A DNA stretch of 64,000 bases from Candidatus Poribacteria bacterium (GTDB taxonomy: Bacteria; Poribacteria; WGA-4E; WGA-3G): NCBI GenBank assembly GCA_965205015.1, contig OZ242029.1, positions 3,296,001 through 3,360,000 of the forward strand, read 5' to 3'. Each line of letters begins with the position of its first letter. Within the stretch, counting starts at the first letter, position 1. The notes beneath the pieces were generated by a model. The model saw only the letters and a program-made list of their open reading frames with translations. It did not search any database and was not told where the DNA came from. Positions 1 through 10,104 of this stretch are shown here, piece after piece. Both the position numbers and the translations under genes were made by a program.

Positions 1-19
1 TACAAGACCTACCCCTACA
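1..19 (-). repeat. Partial GTAG-type REP-like palindrome
   Basis: Minus strand reads TGTAGGGGTAGGTCTTGTA, similar to the REP units at 34482-34697; cut by the window edge. Confidence 0.5.
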
Positions 20-74
20 GTGTAATTGGTGCGTTCAAACATATGGAAACTGTTGGATAGCACTCCAATTGTTT

Positions 75-1514
75 TTATGCCAGAATGTCGCGGACGACGT
101 GCCCGTGGACGTCGGTGAGACGGAAGTCCCGCCCTTGGAAGCGGTAGACCAGTTTTTCGTGGTTAATTCCGAACAGATGTAACATCGTGGCGTGGAAGTC
201 GTGGACGTGCACGATATTTTCAACGGAATTATACCCCAATTCATCGGTGTTCCCGTAACTCATACCCCCCTGGATACCACCGCCAGCCATCCACATCGAG
301 AAACCCTTGATGTGGTGGTCGCGTCCGGTGCCTTGCGCCATAGGTGTTCGACCAAACTCGCCGCCCCAAATCACTAAGGTGTCGTCCAACATACCGCGCT
401 GCTTCAAATCATTGACGAGTGCAGCGGTTGCCTTGTCAACATAGCCAGCGGTCGTCTTGATGGCGTTTTCAATACCCCCGTGGTGATCCCAGCCGCGATG
501 ATAGAGTTGGATAAACCGAACACCACGCTCAGCTAACCGTCGTGCGAGGAGGCAGTTTGAAGCGTAGGATCCGTCACCGGGCTTTGCACCGTAAGCATCC
601 AGAACGTGCTGAGGTTCCTTCGAGATGTCCGTCAACTCCGGAACACTCGTCTGCATTCGGAACGCCATTTCGTATTGGCTAATCCGCGTTGAGATTGAGG
701 GATCATCTACAGTCTCATCGAGCATACCGTTCAGGGTCTGCACGGCATCGACAACGTCCCGTTGCTGTTCGGTGTTCACGCCATCAGGATTCGTAACGTA
801 GTGAACGGGATCACCGGTTGAATGGAACTGGACACCTTGAAACTGACCTGGGAGGAATCCGCTATGCCACTGCCGCGTTGCAATCGGTTGATCTTGTCCC
901 CCACCAGAAGAGATGAGGACGACGTAACCCGGCAGATTTTCGTTTTCACTGCCAAGTCCGTAGAGGAGCCACGACCCCATACTCGGTCTGCCAGCGATCG
1001 CCGTGCCAGTGTTCATGAAGGTGTGTGCTGGATCGTGGTTAATCTGCTCGGTTTTCAGGGAGCGTACGATACAGATATCGTCGGCGAGGCTTCCGATATG
1101 CGGAAACGCCGTACTCATCTCCTGCCCGGATTGTCCATATTTTTTAAATTCATGTGTCGGACCGAGGCATTTGAGTGAGTCTGCCTGTCCTTGGAGTTGG
1201 GCAATCGGCTGCCCTTCCGTGAAAGACTTCGGCATCGGTTGCCCGTCGAGTTCTGCGAGTTTCGGTTTGTAGTCCAAAGTCTCTAAATGCGAAGGACCGC
1301 CTGCCATGCAGAGATGAATGATGCGTTTCGCCTTCGGTGGCACATGTGGAGTGGACACAATCCCCGGCCACCGCTCAATCTCCGGCGCAGCATTTAGCAG
1401 CGATGGCGCAAGCAGTGAGCCAAGCGCAAGCGACCCAATGCCACGTACACTTTTACCCAAAAAGGTGCGCCTCGTGAGGCGACGATTGGTTTCTTTGTGA
1501 ATATCCATAGCCAT
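75..1514 (-). CDS. DUF1501 family sulfatase-like protein with Tat signal
   Basis: N-terminal TRRTFL twin-arginine motif; MAGGPSHLET, GWDHH, WGGEFGRTP, GRDHH motifs; adjacent to a DUF1553 gene. Confidence 0.9.
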   Translation of the reverse strand: MAMDIHKETNRRLTRRTFLGKSVRGIGSLALGSLLAPSLLNAAPEIERWPGIVSTPHVPPKAKRIIHLCMAGGPSHLETLDYKPKLAELDGQPMPKSFTEGQPIAQLQGQADSLKCLGPTHEFKKYGQSGQEMSTAFPHIGSLADDICIVRSLKTEQINHDPAHTFMNTGTAIAGRPSMGSWLLYGLGSENENLPGYVVLISSGGGQDQPIATRQWHSGFLPGQFQGVQFHSTGDPVHYVTNPDGVNTEQQRDVVDAVQTLNGMLDETVDDPSISTRISQYEMAFRMQTSVPELTDISKEPQHVLDAYGAKPGDGSYASNCLLARRLAERGVRFIQLYHRGWDHHGGIENAIKTTAGYVDKATAALVNDLKQRGMLDDTLVIWGGEFGRTPMAQGTGRDHHIKGFSMWMAGGGIQGGMSYGNTDELGYNSVENIVHVHDFHATMLHLFGINHEKLVYRFQGRDFRLTDVHGHVVRDILA

Positions 1515-1547
1515 ACCTATACCTCCTGTCCGTTTAATTTTCAGAAT

Positions 1548-4500
1548 TTAATATCGCATGATCGTCTCATGCAAATTCAATATTACCCGTGCCACAGAAG
1601 TCCACGCCGCCAATTCATCAGATGTAACGCCTTCTGTTAGAGGGGTTTCACCCGTTGTGACGAGCATACTGGCGGCATCGAGGTCAGCAGTATATTCGGC
1701 GTGGTGCTTCTCATAGAGATTTTTCATAATCTCTAATTCCTTCGGCTGCGGCATCCGAGACAGCGTCCACTGATATGCCCAGTTGATACGTTCAGCGAAG
1801 GATTCACCACCCTCTTGGATAATCCGTGCCGCAAAAACGCGCGCCGCCTCAACGTAACTTGGGTCGTTGAGTAGCGTCAAGGCTTGCATCGGGGTATTAG
1901 AGGTTGCGCGCTCGGCGGTACACTCCTGACGACTCGGCGCATCGAACGCCATCATACTCGGATGCAAGAACGTGCGCTGCCAATGCGTGTAAAGCCCGCG
2001 GCGATATTGATTTTCTCCCTCGTCATGCACATAAACCCGCTTTGGGAAGTTCAAGTTCGAGTAGTAGCCTATCGGTTGGTAAGGTCTCACGCTCGGTCCG
2101 CCGATTTTGGGGACAAGAAGCCCACTCAGCATCAATGCGTTGTCGCGGACCGCCTCTGCGTCGAGTCTCCAGCGTGATTGGCGTGCCAGCAAGCGGTTGT
2201 AGGCATCCTTCTCCTGTAATACCTCGTTTGATGTTGAAGCTTGACGATAGGTGTTTGATGTGACAAGGAGTTTTACGATATGTTTAACGTTCCACCCACT
2301 CTCCACAAATTCGACAGCGAGCCAGTCAAGCAGTTCAGGATGTGTCGGTGATTCGCCTTGTGCGCCGAGGTCATCTAAGACGCCGGATAATCCTGTCCCG
2401 AAGTAGAGTGCCCAAAGTCGATTGACAAACGTACGGGCGGTCAACGGGTTGTCCTTTGAGGCGATCCACTGTGCAAGCTCTAAACGGGTTGGTCGGCGGT
2501 TTTTGATACCGAGATCACCCAGGAAAGCCGGTATCATCGGTTCGACGATCTCACCCGAATCGTCCATCCAGTTACCCCTCGGGAGCACGCGTGTCGTCCG
2601 AGGTAGCGTGGACACGGTTGTGAGCGAGTACGGAATTTGCGCTTCCATTTCGCCTTTCTGCTTCTGTAAATCTGCAATCTGATTCCGGATACCATCGAGT
2701 GCGGGTGTGATACGGCGATACTCCGCTGCGATCTGCTCGCGCTGATGTGTTGTCCTGACAGAGCGGTCGACCTGAATTGCTGCGATGATCGGTTCTGTGT
2801 GCGTGTGCTTCACCGTAGAACCGCGAGTCGTTGCGACGCCAGCCATATCCCAATACGCAGTGCCACCAAACTGTACGAAAGCAATTCCGTTCAGGACACT
2901 CTCCGGGTTCAACCCAACGTCTGCTGGATCTACCTCAAGACGCACCCATTCGCCGACTGTGGGCAGCACACCCATCGATTTGTGAGCAGGTGTATCGCTT
3001 CCAATCTCACCGAAGTTAATCTTGTCTTCACCCCAAAACGCGCGATGATCCCAAGTCCCGTCGTTCCACTGGAGCATGACGGTTTCTGGTGGTGATTCCG
3101 GATCAATCCAGACATAGGCAAAGAGTTGATCGCCGTCTGTCAAAGTGAACGTTCGCTTCGCGCCACGGAAAGCATGCTGGACGGTTTTTCCTGCTTCCGC
3201 TGTCTGTTTTCGTGAGTACAGTTTACTGAAAACAGGGGCTTCATCTTTGCCGACAAATTCCCATGTGCCCTCGGTTCTACCGCCGTTTGCTTGCGCATCG
3301 TCTATCCACGCGAAGTCCGCGGGTTCTGTTGCGCTGAGCAGTGAAAGCACTTCGTTCTCCCACTCTGTTTGCGCGGCTTCCAATTCAGGCGATGACGCTT
3401 TGAACACCCGCTCCAATTGTGCTAATTCGTCGTCAATATCCTGCAGTGCTGATTCTTGTGCAGGTGTCGGTAGCATTACGACAGGTTCCCATTTACTACC
3501 ACCCCCATATACGCCGGGTCCCTTGACATCTGCGAAGAACGCGGCGAAACTGTAAAAATCCTTTGCGGTATATGGATCAAACTTGTGGTCGTGGCACTGT
3601 GCACAACCGAGCGTCGCACCCAACCAGACGGACGCAGTCGTTCGCACTCGGTCCGCCGCATAGATTGCGAGATACTCTTTCGCTTGTGCGCCGCCTTCTG
3701 AGGTTGTCTGATTTAGACGGTTATAACCCACAGCAATCTTTTGTGCTGATGTTGGATTCGGCAGGAGATCGCCTGCGAGGTTTTCGACCGTAAATTGATC
3801 AAACGGCATGTTGTCGTTAAACGCTTTTATTACATAGTCACGATAGGGCCAGATACTCACATTTTCGTCAGCATGGTAACCGCTCGTGTCCGCGTAGCGG
3901 ACCAGATCGAGCCAGTACATTGCCATCCGCTCGCCATATTGCGCTTTAGACAGAAGCCTGCTGACGAGCGACTCATAGGCATCAGGGTTTTCATCTTTTA
4001 AGAATTGCTCTACTTCAGTCGGTGTCGGCAGCAATCCAGTCAGATCGAAACTCAGGCGACGGATAAGTGTTCGTTTATCCGCTTCTGCTGACGGCGTGAG
4101 ACCCTCTGCTTCCAATCTTCCGAGTATGAAGGCATCAATAGGGTTACCGACCCATGTTGTGTTTTCGACAGCAGGGGATTCAACCCGTTCAGGAAGACTG
4201 TAGACCCAATGTTCTTCCCATTCAGCCCCTTCGGCAATCCACTGGATAAGCGTATCAATCTGTTCTTGTGTCGGCTGCCGATTGGAGATCTGCGGTGGCA
4301 TCCGCTGGTCAATATTTTCGTGTGTTATGCGTAGGACCAATTCGCTGTTTTCCGGTTCACCCGGCACGATAATCGGATAACCACTCGGTGCGGAGAACGC
4401 ACCCTCCTTTGTATCAAGCCGCAGGTTGGCTTGCCGGACCGCCGGATCGGGACCGTGACACGCAAAGCATTTATCTGACAATATCGGCAGAACATCACGG

Positions 4501-4631
4501 TCGAATTGAAGTTTCTCAGCATAGACAGGTTGTAGGACAATGGCGAGTCCTAACAAGAGCAATATAAGACTCACACAATGCGTGCGAACCCAGTTTGAAG
4601 GGTTTAAACATGAGAGCTGTGTCTGGGGCAT
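1548..4631 (-). CDS. PSD1/DUF1553-DUF1549 planctomycete cytochrome c domain protein
   Basis: CFACH and CAQCH heme motifs; WLDLVRYADT, NPLTARTFVNRLW, NTPMQALTLLN. Start moved to ATG 4631, which has a GGAGGAG RBS. Confidence 0.9.
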   Translation of the reverse strand: MPQTQLSCLNPSNWVRTHCVSLILLLLGLAIVLQPVYAEKLQFDRDVLPILSDKCFACHGPDPAVRQANLRLDTKEGAFSAPSGYPIIVPGEPENSELVLRITHENIDQRMPPQISNRQPTQEQIDTLIQWIAEGAEWEEHWVYSLPERVESPAVENTTWVGNPIDAFILGRLEAEGLTPSAEADKRTLIRRLSFDLTGLLPTPTEVEQFLKDENPDAYESLVSRLLSKAQYGERMAMYWLDLVRYADTSGYHADENVSIWPYRDYVIKAFNDNMPFDQFTVENLAGDLLPNPTSAQKIAVGYNRLNQTTSEGGAQAKEYLAIYAADRVRTTASVWLGATLGCAQCHDHKFDPYTAKDFYSFAAFFADVKGPGVYGGGSKWEPVVMLPTPAQESALQDIDDELAQLERVFKASSPELEAAQTEWENEVLSLLSATEPADFAWIDDAQANGGRTEGTWEFVGKDEAPVFSKLYSRKQTAEAGKTVQHAFRGAKRTFTLTDGDQLFAYVWIDPESPPETVMLQWNDGTWDHRAFWGEDKINFGEIGSDTPAHKSMGVLPTVGEWVRLEVDPADVGLNPESVLNGIAFVQFGGTAYWDMAGVATTRGSTVKHTHTEPIIAAIQVDRSVRTTHQREQIAAEYRRITPALDGIRNQIADLQKQKGEMEAQIPYSLTTVSTLPRTTRVLPRGNWMDDSGEIVEPMIPAFLGDLGIKNRRPTRLELAQWIASKDNPLTARTFVNRLWALYFGTGLSGVLDDLGAQGESPTHPELLDWLAVEFVESGWNVKHIVKLLVTSNTYRQASTSNEVLQEKDAYNRLLARQSRWRLDAEAVRDNALMLSGLLVPKIGGPSVRPYQPIGYYSNLNFPKRVYVHDEGENQYRRGLYTHWQRTFLHPSMMAFDAPSRQECTAERATSNTPMQALTLLNDPSYVEAARVFAARIIQEGGESFAERINWAYQWTLSRMPQPKELEIMKNLYEKHHAEYTADLDAASMLVTTGETPLTEGVTSDELAAWTSVARVILNLHETIMRY

Positions 4632-4808
4632 TATAGAATATCTCCTCCATTTCTTCTGTGCAGGCGATGTCAACCCCCAACGGGGCATAAGTCTGACCAT
4701 CCTCAAAATCGCTTGATTGTTCAGTAGTATATCATTAAAGTGAAATATGTGCAAGCAAATCCCGCGAACAGCGGGTTCCATTTTCACCAATTTTACTGAA
4801 TTTTTATT

Positions 4809-4850
4809 ATACTTTAGAGTATAATACTTTAGAGTATAATACTTTAGAGG
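4809..4850. promoter_or_regulatory. Three tandem 15-bp units containing the near-palindrome ATACT-TTAG-AGTAT; candidate operator array
   Basis: Units at 4809, 4824 and 4839; junctions create TATAAT; about 20 bp upstream of the ATPase start. Confidence 0.65.
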
Positions 4851-4869
4851 CATTTAAGGAGAGAAATTT

Positions 4870-6273
4870 ATGTTTATCAATCGACACCAAGAATTAAATG
4901 CTTTAGAACGCATGTTTCAGTCAGGAATAGCAGAATTTTTCGTGTTATATGGCAGGAGACGGGTAGGAAAAACTGAACTCCTCTCACGGTTTTGTAAGGA
5001 CAAAAGAAGTATCTATTTCCTTGCCAGTCAGTTGAAGGAGCAAGATCACCTCCAGCAGCTGACTGAGACTGCGCGACATATCATCAACGATCCATTACTG
5101 CAGAGCCTTGCCTTTAATGATTGGGAATCTGCCCTTATCTACTTCGCGCAGCAGGCAGAAGAAGAAAGGCTTGTTCTGGTACTTGACGAATTTCAATATC
5201 TCTGTGAGGATAACGCGGCACTCCCGTCACTGATCCAACGCTTTTGGGATCTACACGGAAAAAATAGCAAACTTTTTTTGATCTTATGTGGATCACAGGT
5301 GAGTTTTATGGAGCGAGAGGTATTGGCGGAACGATCACCACTATATGGACGACGTACTGGACAACTCCGTTTGATGCCGCTCTCCTACCGTGACAGTGGA
5401 TATTTTTTTTCTGAATATTCTGCGAAAGAAAAACTCATCGCTTACGGCATCCTCGGCGGGATTCCAGCGTATCTCAATCAATTTGCGTTGCGTGCCTCAA
5501 ACGATTCACAAGGAATGCTTGAACAGCATATCAAAAACGAATTGCTCACACCGCAAGGGTACTTGTTTGATGAAGTTAATTTCTTGTTACGCACGGAACT
5601 CAGAGAACCGAGAACGTATGCGAGTTTGCTGCACGCAATCGCTGGTGGCGTGACGCGGCTGAATGAGATTTCCCAACGGGTTGGGCTTGACGCAACAAGC
5701 GTGAATAAATATTTGAGCGTGCTTCGGGAACTCGGGTTAGTTAAACGCGAAACACCGGTCACTGACCGCGCACCCCAAAAAAGCAGAAAAGGGCTTTATA
5801 AAATCGCGGACAACTATGTCAAATTCTGGTTTCGGTTTGTGCTGCCCAATCGGAGTCTCATCGAATCCGGTAACACAGAGTTGGTGTATGAGCAGATGAT
5901 CGCTCCGAACCTTTCACACTATATGGGCGAAATTTTTGAAGACGTTTGTCGTCAATATATCAGTCTTTATTGGGAAGAAAAATTAAGGGTCGCTCCCAAA
6001 CAGGTCGGGGCGCATTGGGGGGGCAATGTTGAAATTGATGTCCTAACAGAAAATGTTGACGAAAGTCACTGGTTTGGCGAGTGCAAGTGGTGGAGTGCTC
6101 CAGTCGGAGAAAACATTTTAAATCATCTCATCGAAAAGGCTGCGCAAGTTCCTAATCAATGGAATCGGAATCCGCGGTATCTGCTGTTTTCTGCGAATGG
6201 CTTTACGGACGCGCTCAAACAGAGAGCAAAAAAGGAGGATATCTTTCTCATTGAGACCAACGACCTGTTTTGA
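4870..6273 (+). CDS. Archaeal-type AAA ATPase (DUF234 family) with wHTH and C-terminal PD-(D/E)XK-like domain
   Basis: FINRxxEL, Walker A GRRRVGKT, Walker B LVLDEFQ, SPLYGRRT, C-terminal EIDV...GECKW. Confidence 0.9.
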   Translation: MFINRHQELNALERMFQSGIAEFFVLYGRRRVGKTELLSRFCKDKRSIYFLASQLKEQDHLQQLTETARHIINDPLLQSLAFNDWESALIYFAQQAEEERLVLVLDEFQYLCEDNAALPSLIQRFWDLHGKNSKLFLILCGSQVSFMEREVLAERSPLYGRRTGQLRLMPLSYRDSGYFFSEYSAKEKLIAYGILGGIPAYLNQFALRASNDSQGMLEQHIKNELLTPQGYLFDEVNFLLRTELREPRTYASLLHAIAGGVTRLNEISQRVGLDATSVNKYLSVLRELGLVKRETPVTDRAPQKSRKGLYKIADNYVKFWFRFVLPNRSLIESGNTELVYEQMIAPNLSHYMGEIFEDVCRQYISLYWEEKLRVAPKQVGAHWGGNVEIDVLTENVDESHWFGECKWWSAPVGENILNHLIEKAAQVPNQWNRNPRYLLFSANGFTDALKQRAKKEDIFLIETNDLF

Positions 6274-7681
6274 TTGGGCGATATGGGTCAATGAACCTGT
6301 TATGCTCATCCTTTCGGCGCGGCGGCGGTAATGCGTCGGCTTTCGCACGTAGTCTGGAGAGCGCATCGGCGTAGGATGGCACCTCAATCAGGTTATTCCG
6401 TTCATCTGGGTCTTTGGAGAGATCAAAAAGCTGTTCGGGCCACCCCTTGTCGTTATTAAATTGGAAATACTTTAAATTCCCCTCTTTGACCATCACAGAG
6501 GGTCCGTTTTGCGCACGCCACAGTTCACTATAAACGGTATCGTGCCAGTCGGTGGTATCTCCATCAATCAGTGGCAGGAACGAACGTCCATCGAGTTCAT
6601 CCGGGACGGGAACATCTACTAACTCGCATAGCGTCGGAAACAGATCGACCAACGACACGTTCTGCTCAACAATTTTCGGTTCTCGTCCAAACCGTTTCGG
6701 ATACCAGATAGAAAGTGGGACTCGTGCTGAAGCCTCAAAGTAGCTCTGTTTCTCCCAAAGCCCTTTCGTACCAAGCATCTCACCGTGGTCAGAGAGGAAA
6801 ACGATGATGAAGTCGTCTAAGACGTTCAAATGCTCCAGTTTCTCAATGACGCGACCGAATTGTGCGTCCATCCATTCAATCATTCCGTAATACGCTGCGG
6901 TTGCTCGGTGTGCCTGACGGTAGGTGACATCTTCGCCAACTCGGACCCTGAAAAAATCGTCGTATCCAAACTGTTCGTTCGGCGCTTCGACGATCGGTTC
7001 CACCCGCTGCATGTAGTAATTGAACAGGTCCATTGGACACTGATACGGATAGTGTGGTGCGATGAGGCTTACTGCCATACAGAGCGGATTGGATCTCGGA
7101 CGATCGTAGGGGGCATCGACAAAATATTCCTCAAGGAACAGCAGTGCACCGTCTACGTTGTATTGGTCATTGAGCATCCAACGCCCTAAGCCGGGTTGTG
7201 CGTCGCGGACTTCCTGAATCACTTTGCTCTGCTTCGGACCCGTTCCGGGTTCCGATTCAGTGCGTGCGGAGTGTTCATCTTTTACAGATGGATAAGGATA
7301 ACCATTTTTACCAATGATATCGCGTCCCACGCGTTCTTGCCAGCCGTGCATCACGTCTGTCCCGACGAAGTGCATCTTGCCCGCACAGCAACTATAGTAT
7401 CCGTAGTTTCCCAATTGTCCTGGAATCGTTCGGACCTCTGTCGGCATCGGATCCCCAAAGTTGAGGCTTCCGCAGTTTCGCGGATAGAGTCCTGAAAGAA
7501 AACTCTGTCGGGCAGGCACACAGATCGGCGAAGGCGTATAAGCGTTGCGGAAGTAGATACCTTCATCCATAAACCGAGAAAGTGTCGGCATGCGGATAGC
7601 GGGGTCCCCTTCGATTGGCTGGACATCGGGACGGTGTTCGTCGTTGATAAGGAAGAGAATGTGTGGTTTATTTTGTGGCAT
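6248..7681 (-). CDS. Sulfatase (choline-sulfatase-like)
   Basis: CVPAR formylglycine motif, GKMH, SDHGEMLG, LFDLxxDPxE. Confidence 0.9.
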   Translation of the reverse strand: MPQNKPHILFLINDEHRPDVQPIEGDPAIRMPTLSRFMDEGIYFRNAYTPSPICVPARQSFLSGLYPRNCGSLNFGDPMPTEVRTIPGQLGNYGYYSCCAGKMHFVGTDVMHGWQERVGRDIIGKNGYPYPSVKDEHSARTESEPGTGPKQSKVIQEVRDAQPGLGRWMLNDQYNVDGALLFLEEYFVDAPYDRPRSNPLCMAVSLIAPHYPYQCPMDLFNYYMQRVEPIVEAPNEQFGYDDFFRVRVGEDVTYRQAHRATAAYYGMIEWMDAQFGRVIEKLEHLNVLDDFIIVFLSDHGEMLGTKGLWEKQSYFEASARVPLSIWYPKRFGREPKIVEQNVSLVDLFPTLCELVDVPVPDELDGRSFLPLIDGDTTDWHDTVYSELWRAQNGPSVMVKEGNLKYFQFNNDKGWPEQLFDLSKDPDERNNLIEVPSYADALSRLRAKADALPPPRRKDEHNRFIDPYRPIKTGRWSQ

Positions 7682-7694
7682 GGCTGCTTTGGGG

Positions 7695-7722
7695 TTACGG
7701 CATACGGCGTATGCCTACTACT
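7695..7722 (-). repeat. GTAG-type REP-like palindrome
   Basis: Minus strand AGTAGTAGGCATACGCCGTATGCCGTAA; related copy at 28384-28412. Confidence 0.55.
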
Positions 7723-7728
7723 TTAAAT

Positions 7729-8487
7729 TTAATAAAGGGACATTAAGCCTTCTGCGCCGGGGATCTGTTTTTGCTCGAATTCGGGGGTAAGCCAGCGGGC
7801 CCCGGACGGTCTGCCGGGGTTGCGATAGGCATAAACGACGCACCACCGCGTATCGCTATTTTCTTTTCTTGGGGACACAGCATGTGCGGCATGCGTCCAC
7901 ATCAACGCGACTGTGCCGGGTGGTGCGGATAACGCCTCGATCTCCAGAGGTTCACTTGTTTCTGGATGCGTTTTTCCTGCCAACCAATTCTCTTGGAGTT
8001 CTTCATCTGATTGTGCATGGATCCTTGCATCCCGATACAAGTGACTGCCGGGAACCGCTTTCAAGCCGCCATCGTCGGGTTCAAATCCGTTGACATAGAA
8101 GAAGATGCGGACGAATCCCAGGTTCGGGTCGTCATCGGAGTATCCGTGGCTGTGCCATCCAATGCCACGATTGCCACCGGGTCGATTGAGACTCACGCAG
8201 TGATCGTATCGGATGTCTTCACCCAAGACCTTCCGTGCGAGTTCAAGCATCTGTGGGTGTGCAATCAGGCTTTCGAGATAACTGTCGTATTCTGCAGAAA
8301 ATCGGTTCGGCTCATGTCCTTCTTTCTGCGTGCGCGAGCGTTCAAGAATAGACGACAGGGAGCGGGTCAAATGTTCCTGTGCCTCCGACGTGAGCACGCC
8401 GGGGAGGACGAAATGTCCATCGCTATCCAACGTTTTTCGTTCCTGTTCACCAAACGTATAGGCATGAAAAATCGGTCCTTGTGGCAT
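7729..8487 (-). CDS. Phytanoyl-CoA dioxygenase (PhyH) family protein
   Basis: GWHSH, GGLKAVPGSH, distal HA...R motifs; start taken as MPQGP at 8487. Confidence 0.8.
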   Translation of the reverse strand: MPQGPIFHAYTFGEQERKTLDSDGHFVLPGVLTSEAQEHLTRSLSSILERSRTQKEGHEPNRFSAEYDSYLESLIAHPQMLELARKVLGEDIRYDHCVSLNRPGGNRGIGWHSHGYSDDDPNLGFVRIFFYVNGFEPDDGGLKAVPGSHLYRDARIHAQSDEELQENWLAGKTHPETSEPLEIEALSAPPGTVALMWTHAAHAVSPRKENSDTRWCVVYAYRNPGRPSGARWLTPEFEQKQIPGAEGLMSLY

Positions 8488-8504
8488 AGCAGAAGTCCTT
8501 TCCT

Positions 8505-9197
8505 TTAGGTATCCTTTCCAGATTTTTCTGATGGTTTGTAGTAGGAAACGTATTTCCACCCCTGTTTTTTGAACTTTTCATCTTGTACTTTCAAATAGGC
8601 AGAGAGTTCCTCAATAGAATTGAACTTGGCAGCAAATTCTGCCTTCATCCGCAAGCATTCTTCAAGGATAGGATCTGTATAGTCCTCAGGTACCTCTTTC
8701 ATCTGAAATTCCTCCATTAGTTCAATAGGCGTGCAGATAGTTATTGGCTTAAATCCCTCCGCTTGACAAATCTGGTTAATCTGTTCACGCGTGTCTATAT
8801 TCAGAATATGCTTATGGTTCCATGATACAAGGTACTCGATCCCGTGTACCGTGGCAATAGCGATATGTTCTGCATCCGGACTCGATCTTTGTGGCACCGC
8901 GCCGGCATTTAGTAATTTCTGGGCAAGTGTATCAGCCTCAGATAAAGGTTCCAACACCGTAAGGGGCAACAATACCTCAAGTCGTTGTTGTGCTGCTCTT
9001 GGATCACCTCCACTGACCTCGTTAAGAACTATACTTGAAACAACAAACTCAAACCTATCCGCATAATCCGCCCAAAACCTCCGAGTTTCCCGTTGCCAAT
9101 ATCCTACAGTTGCATCAGCACTAGGTCGTGCCACTAAATAGCTCACAACCGTCGTCTCAATGTAAACTTTCGGTTTCTCCGCTGTATAATATATCAT
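8505..9197 (-). CDS. PIN-domain (VapC-like) protein with a fused C-terminal small partner domain
   Basis: VYIETTVVSYL, DAEHIAIA, LVSWNHKHI, ICTP; tail DPILEECLRMKAEFAAKF. Confidence 0.85.
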   Translation of the reverse strand: MIYYTAEKPKVYIETTVVSYLVARPSADATVGYWQRETRRFWADYADRFEFVVSSIVLNEVSGGDPRAAQQRLEVLLPLTVLEPLSEADTLAQKLLNAGAVPQRSSPDAEHIAIATVHGIEYLVSWNHKHILNIDTREQINQICQAEGFKPITICTPIELMEEFQMKEVPEDYTDPILEECLRMKAEFAAKFNSIEELSAYLKVQDEKFKKQGWKYVSYYKPSEKSGKDT

Positions 9198-9243
9198 GAA
9201 ATACTGCTTTTTTCAAATCAAATTCCGTTTACGTTCACCCCGT

Positions 9244-10104
9244 CTATTTCAGTTCAGGTCCTGGATTCCGGTTCCATTTTAACGGTTCGACGTCGCCTTT
9301 ACAGACTGGCGCGAGTTCGGCAATGCGTTCCCAATCTCCGTCCGACCAAGCGAGGCTCTGCCGAAGTCTACCGATATGTGCCTGCATTTCCGTGGGTAAC
9401 AACGCAAAAAATGGATGATACCAGAGCGTAATGACTGTCCGCCGTTCATCTGATTGATTGCCGTGTGAAGCGTGTAGAAGCCGTGAGTCACCGATAACGA
9501 GGTCCCCCGCTTTTACGGGGATGTCAACTTCACCCGGAAAGTGTTGATAGGCAGGATGGTCAGCATCGTCTACGCGCTGGAGAGCTTCGCCGTGGGCATC
9601 GGGCAGTATATCATGCAGCGGATGCCGATTGAGATGTGAGCCTTTAATGACACGGAGGCATCCGTTATGCGGGATCGTATCAACCAAATAATACATGAGG
9701 AACAACTGTTGCGGCAGTGCTGTGTAGCTGCACGGATCGTTCCAGCCCCACCAGTCTTGGTGCCAAAACAGGGGTGGACTCTGCGGTGGTTTACTGATGA
9801 CATATCCCGACGACCATTTTGGCCTCAAGAACCCCAAAGCATCGAGAGCCTGCAGCGCACGCGGATAAACGACGAGTTCCGCGAACAGTGGATGCATATA
9901 CACGCTAATCATGCTGCCAGCGGAGCGATAGGCTGCGTGTTGATCCTCCGTTTGTGCATCAAGGAGTGTGTCGGTTACTGAGCGAAGTCGGTTAAGCATC
10001 TCTTCTTTCAAGACATTTTCAATGACACAATAACCGTCTGCGATTAATTGATCGTATCTTTCTTTCGGTTTTTCGACTTTCATATCGACTCCTGTTGCTA
10101 TCAT
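9244..10104 (-). CDS. Phytanoyl-CoA dioxygenase (PhyH) family protein
   Basis: WHQD (HxD), NGCLRVIKGSH, LLHAS..N.S..RR. Confidence 0.9.
   Translation of the reverse strand: MIATGVDMKVEKPKERYDQLIADGYCVIENVLKEEMLNRLRSVTDTLLDAQTEDQHAAYRSAGSMISVYMHPLFAELVVYPRALQALDALGFLRPKWSSGYVISKPPQSPPLFWHQDWWGWNDPCSYTALPQQLFLMYYLVDTIPHNGCLRVIKGSHLNRHPLHDILPDAHGEALQRVDDADHPAYQHFPGEVDIPVKAGDLVIGDSRLLHASHGNQSDERRTVITLWYHPFFALLPTEMQAHIGRLRQSLAWSDGDWERIAELAPVCKGDVEPLKWNRNPGPELK

Noticed and set aside
4632-4853. N-terminal extension (KYYTL repeats) of the DUF1553 ORF
   Set aside because: It is the translation of the 15-bp DNA repeat; a better start with RBS and signal peptide exists at 4631
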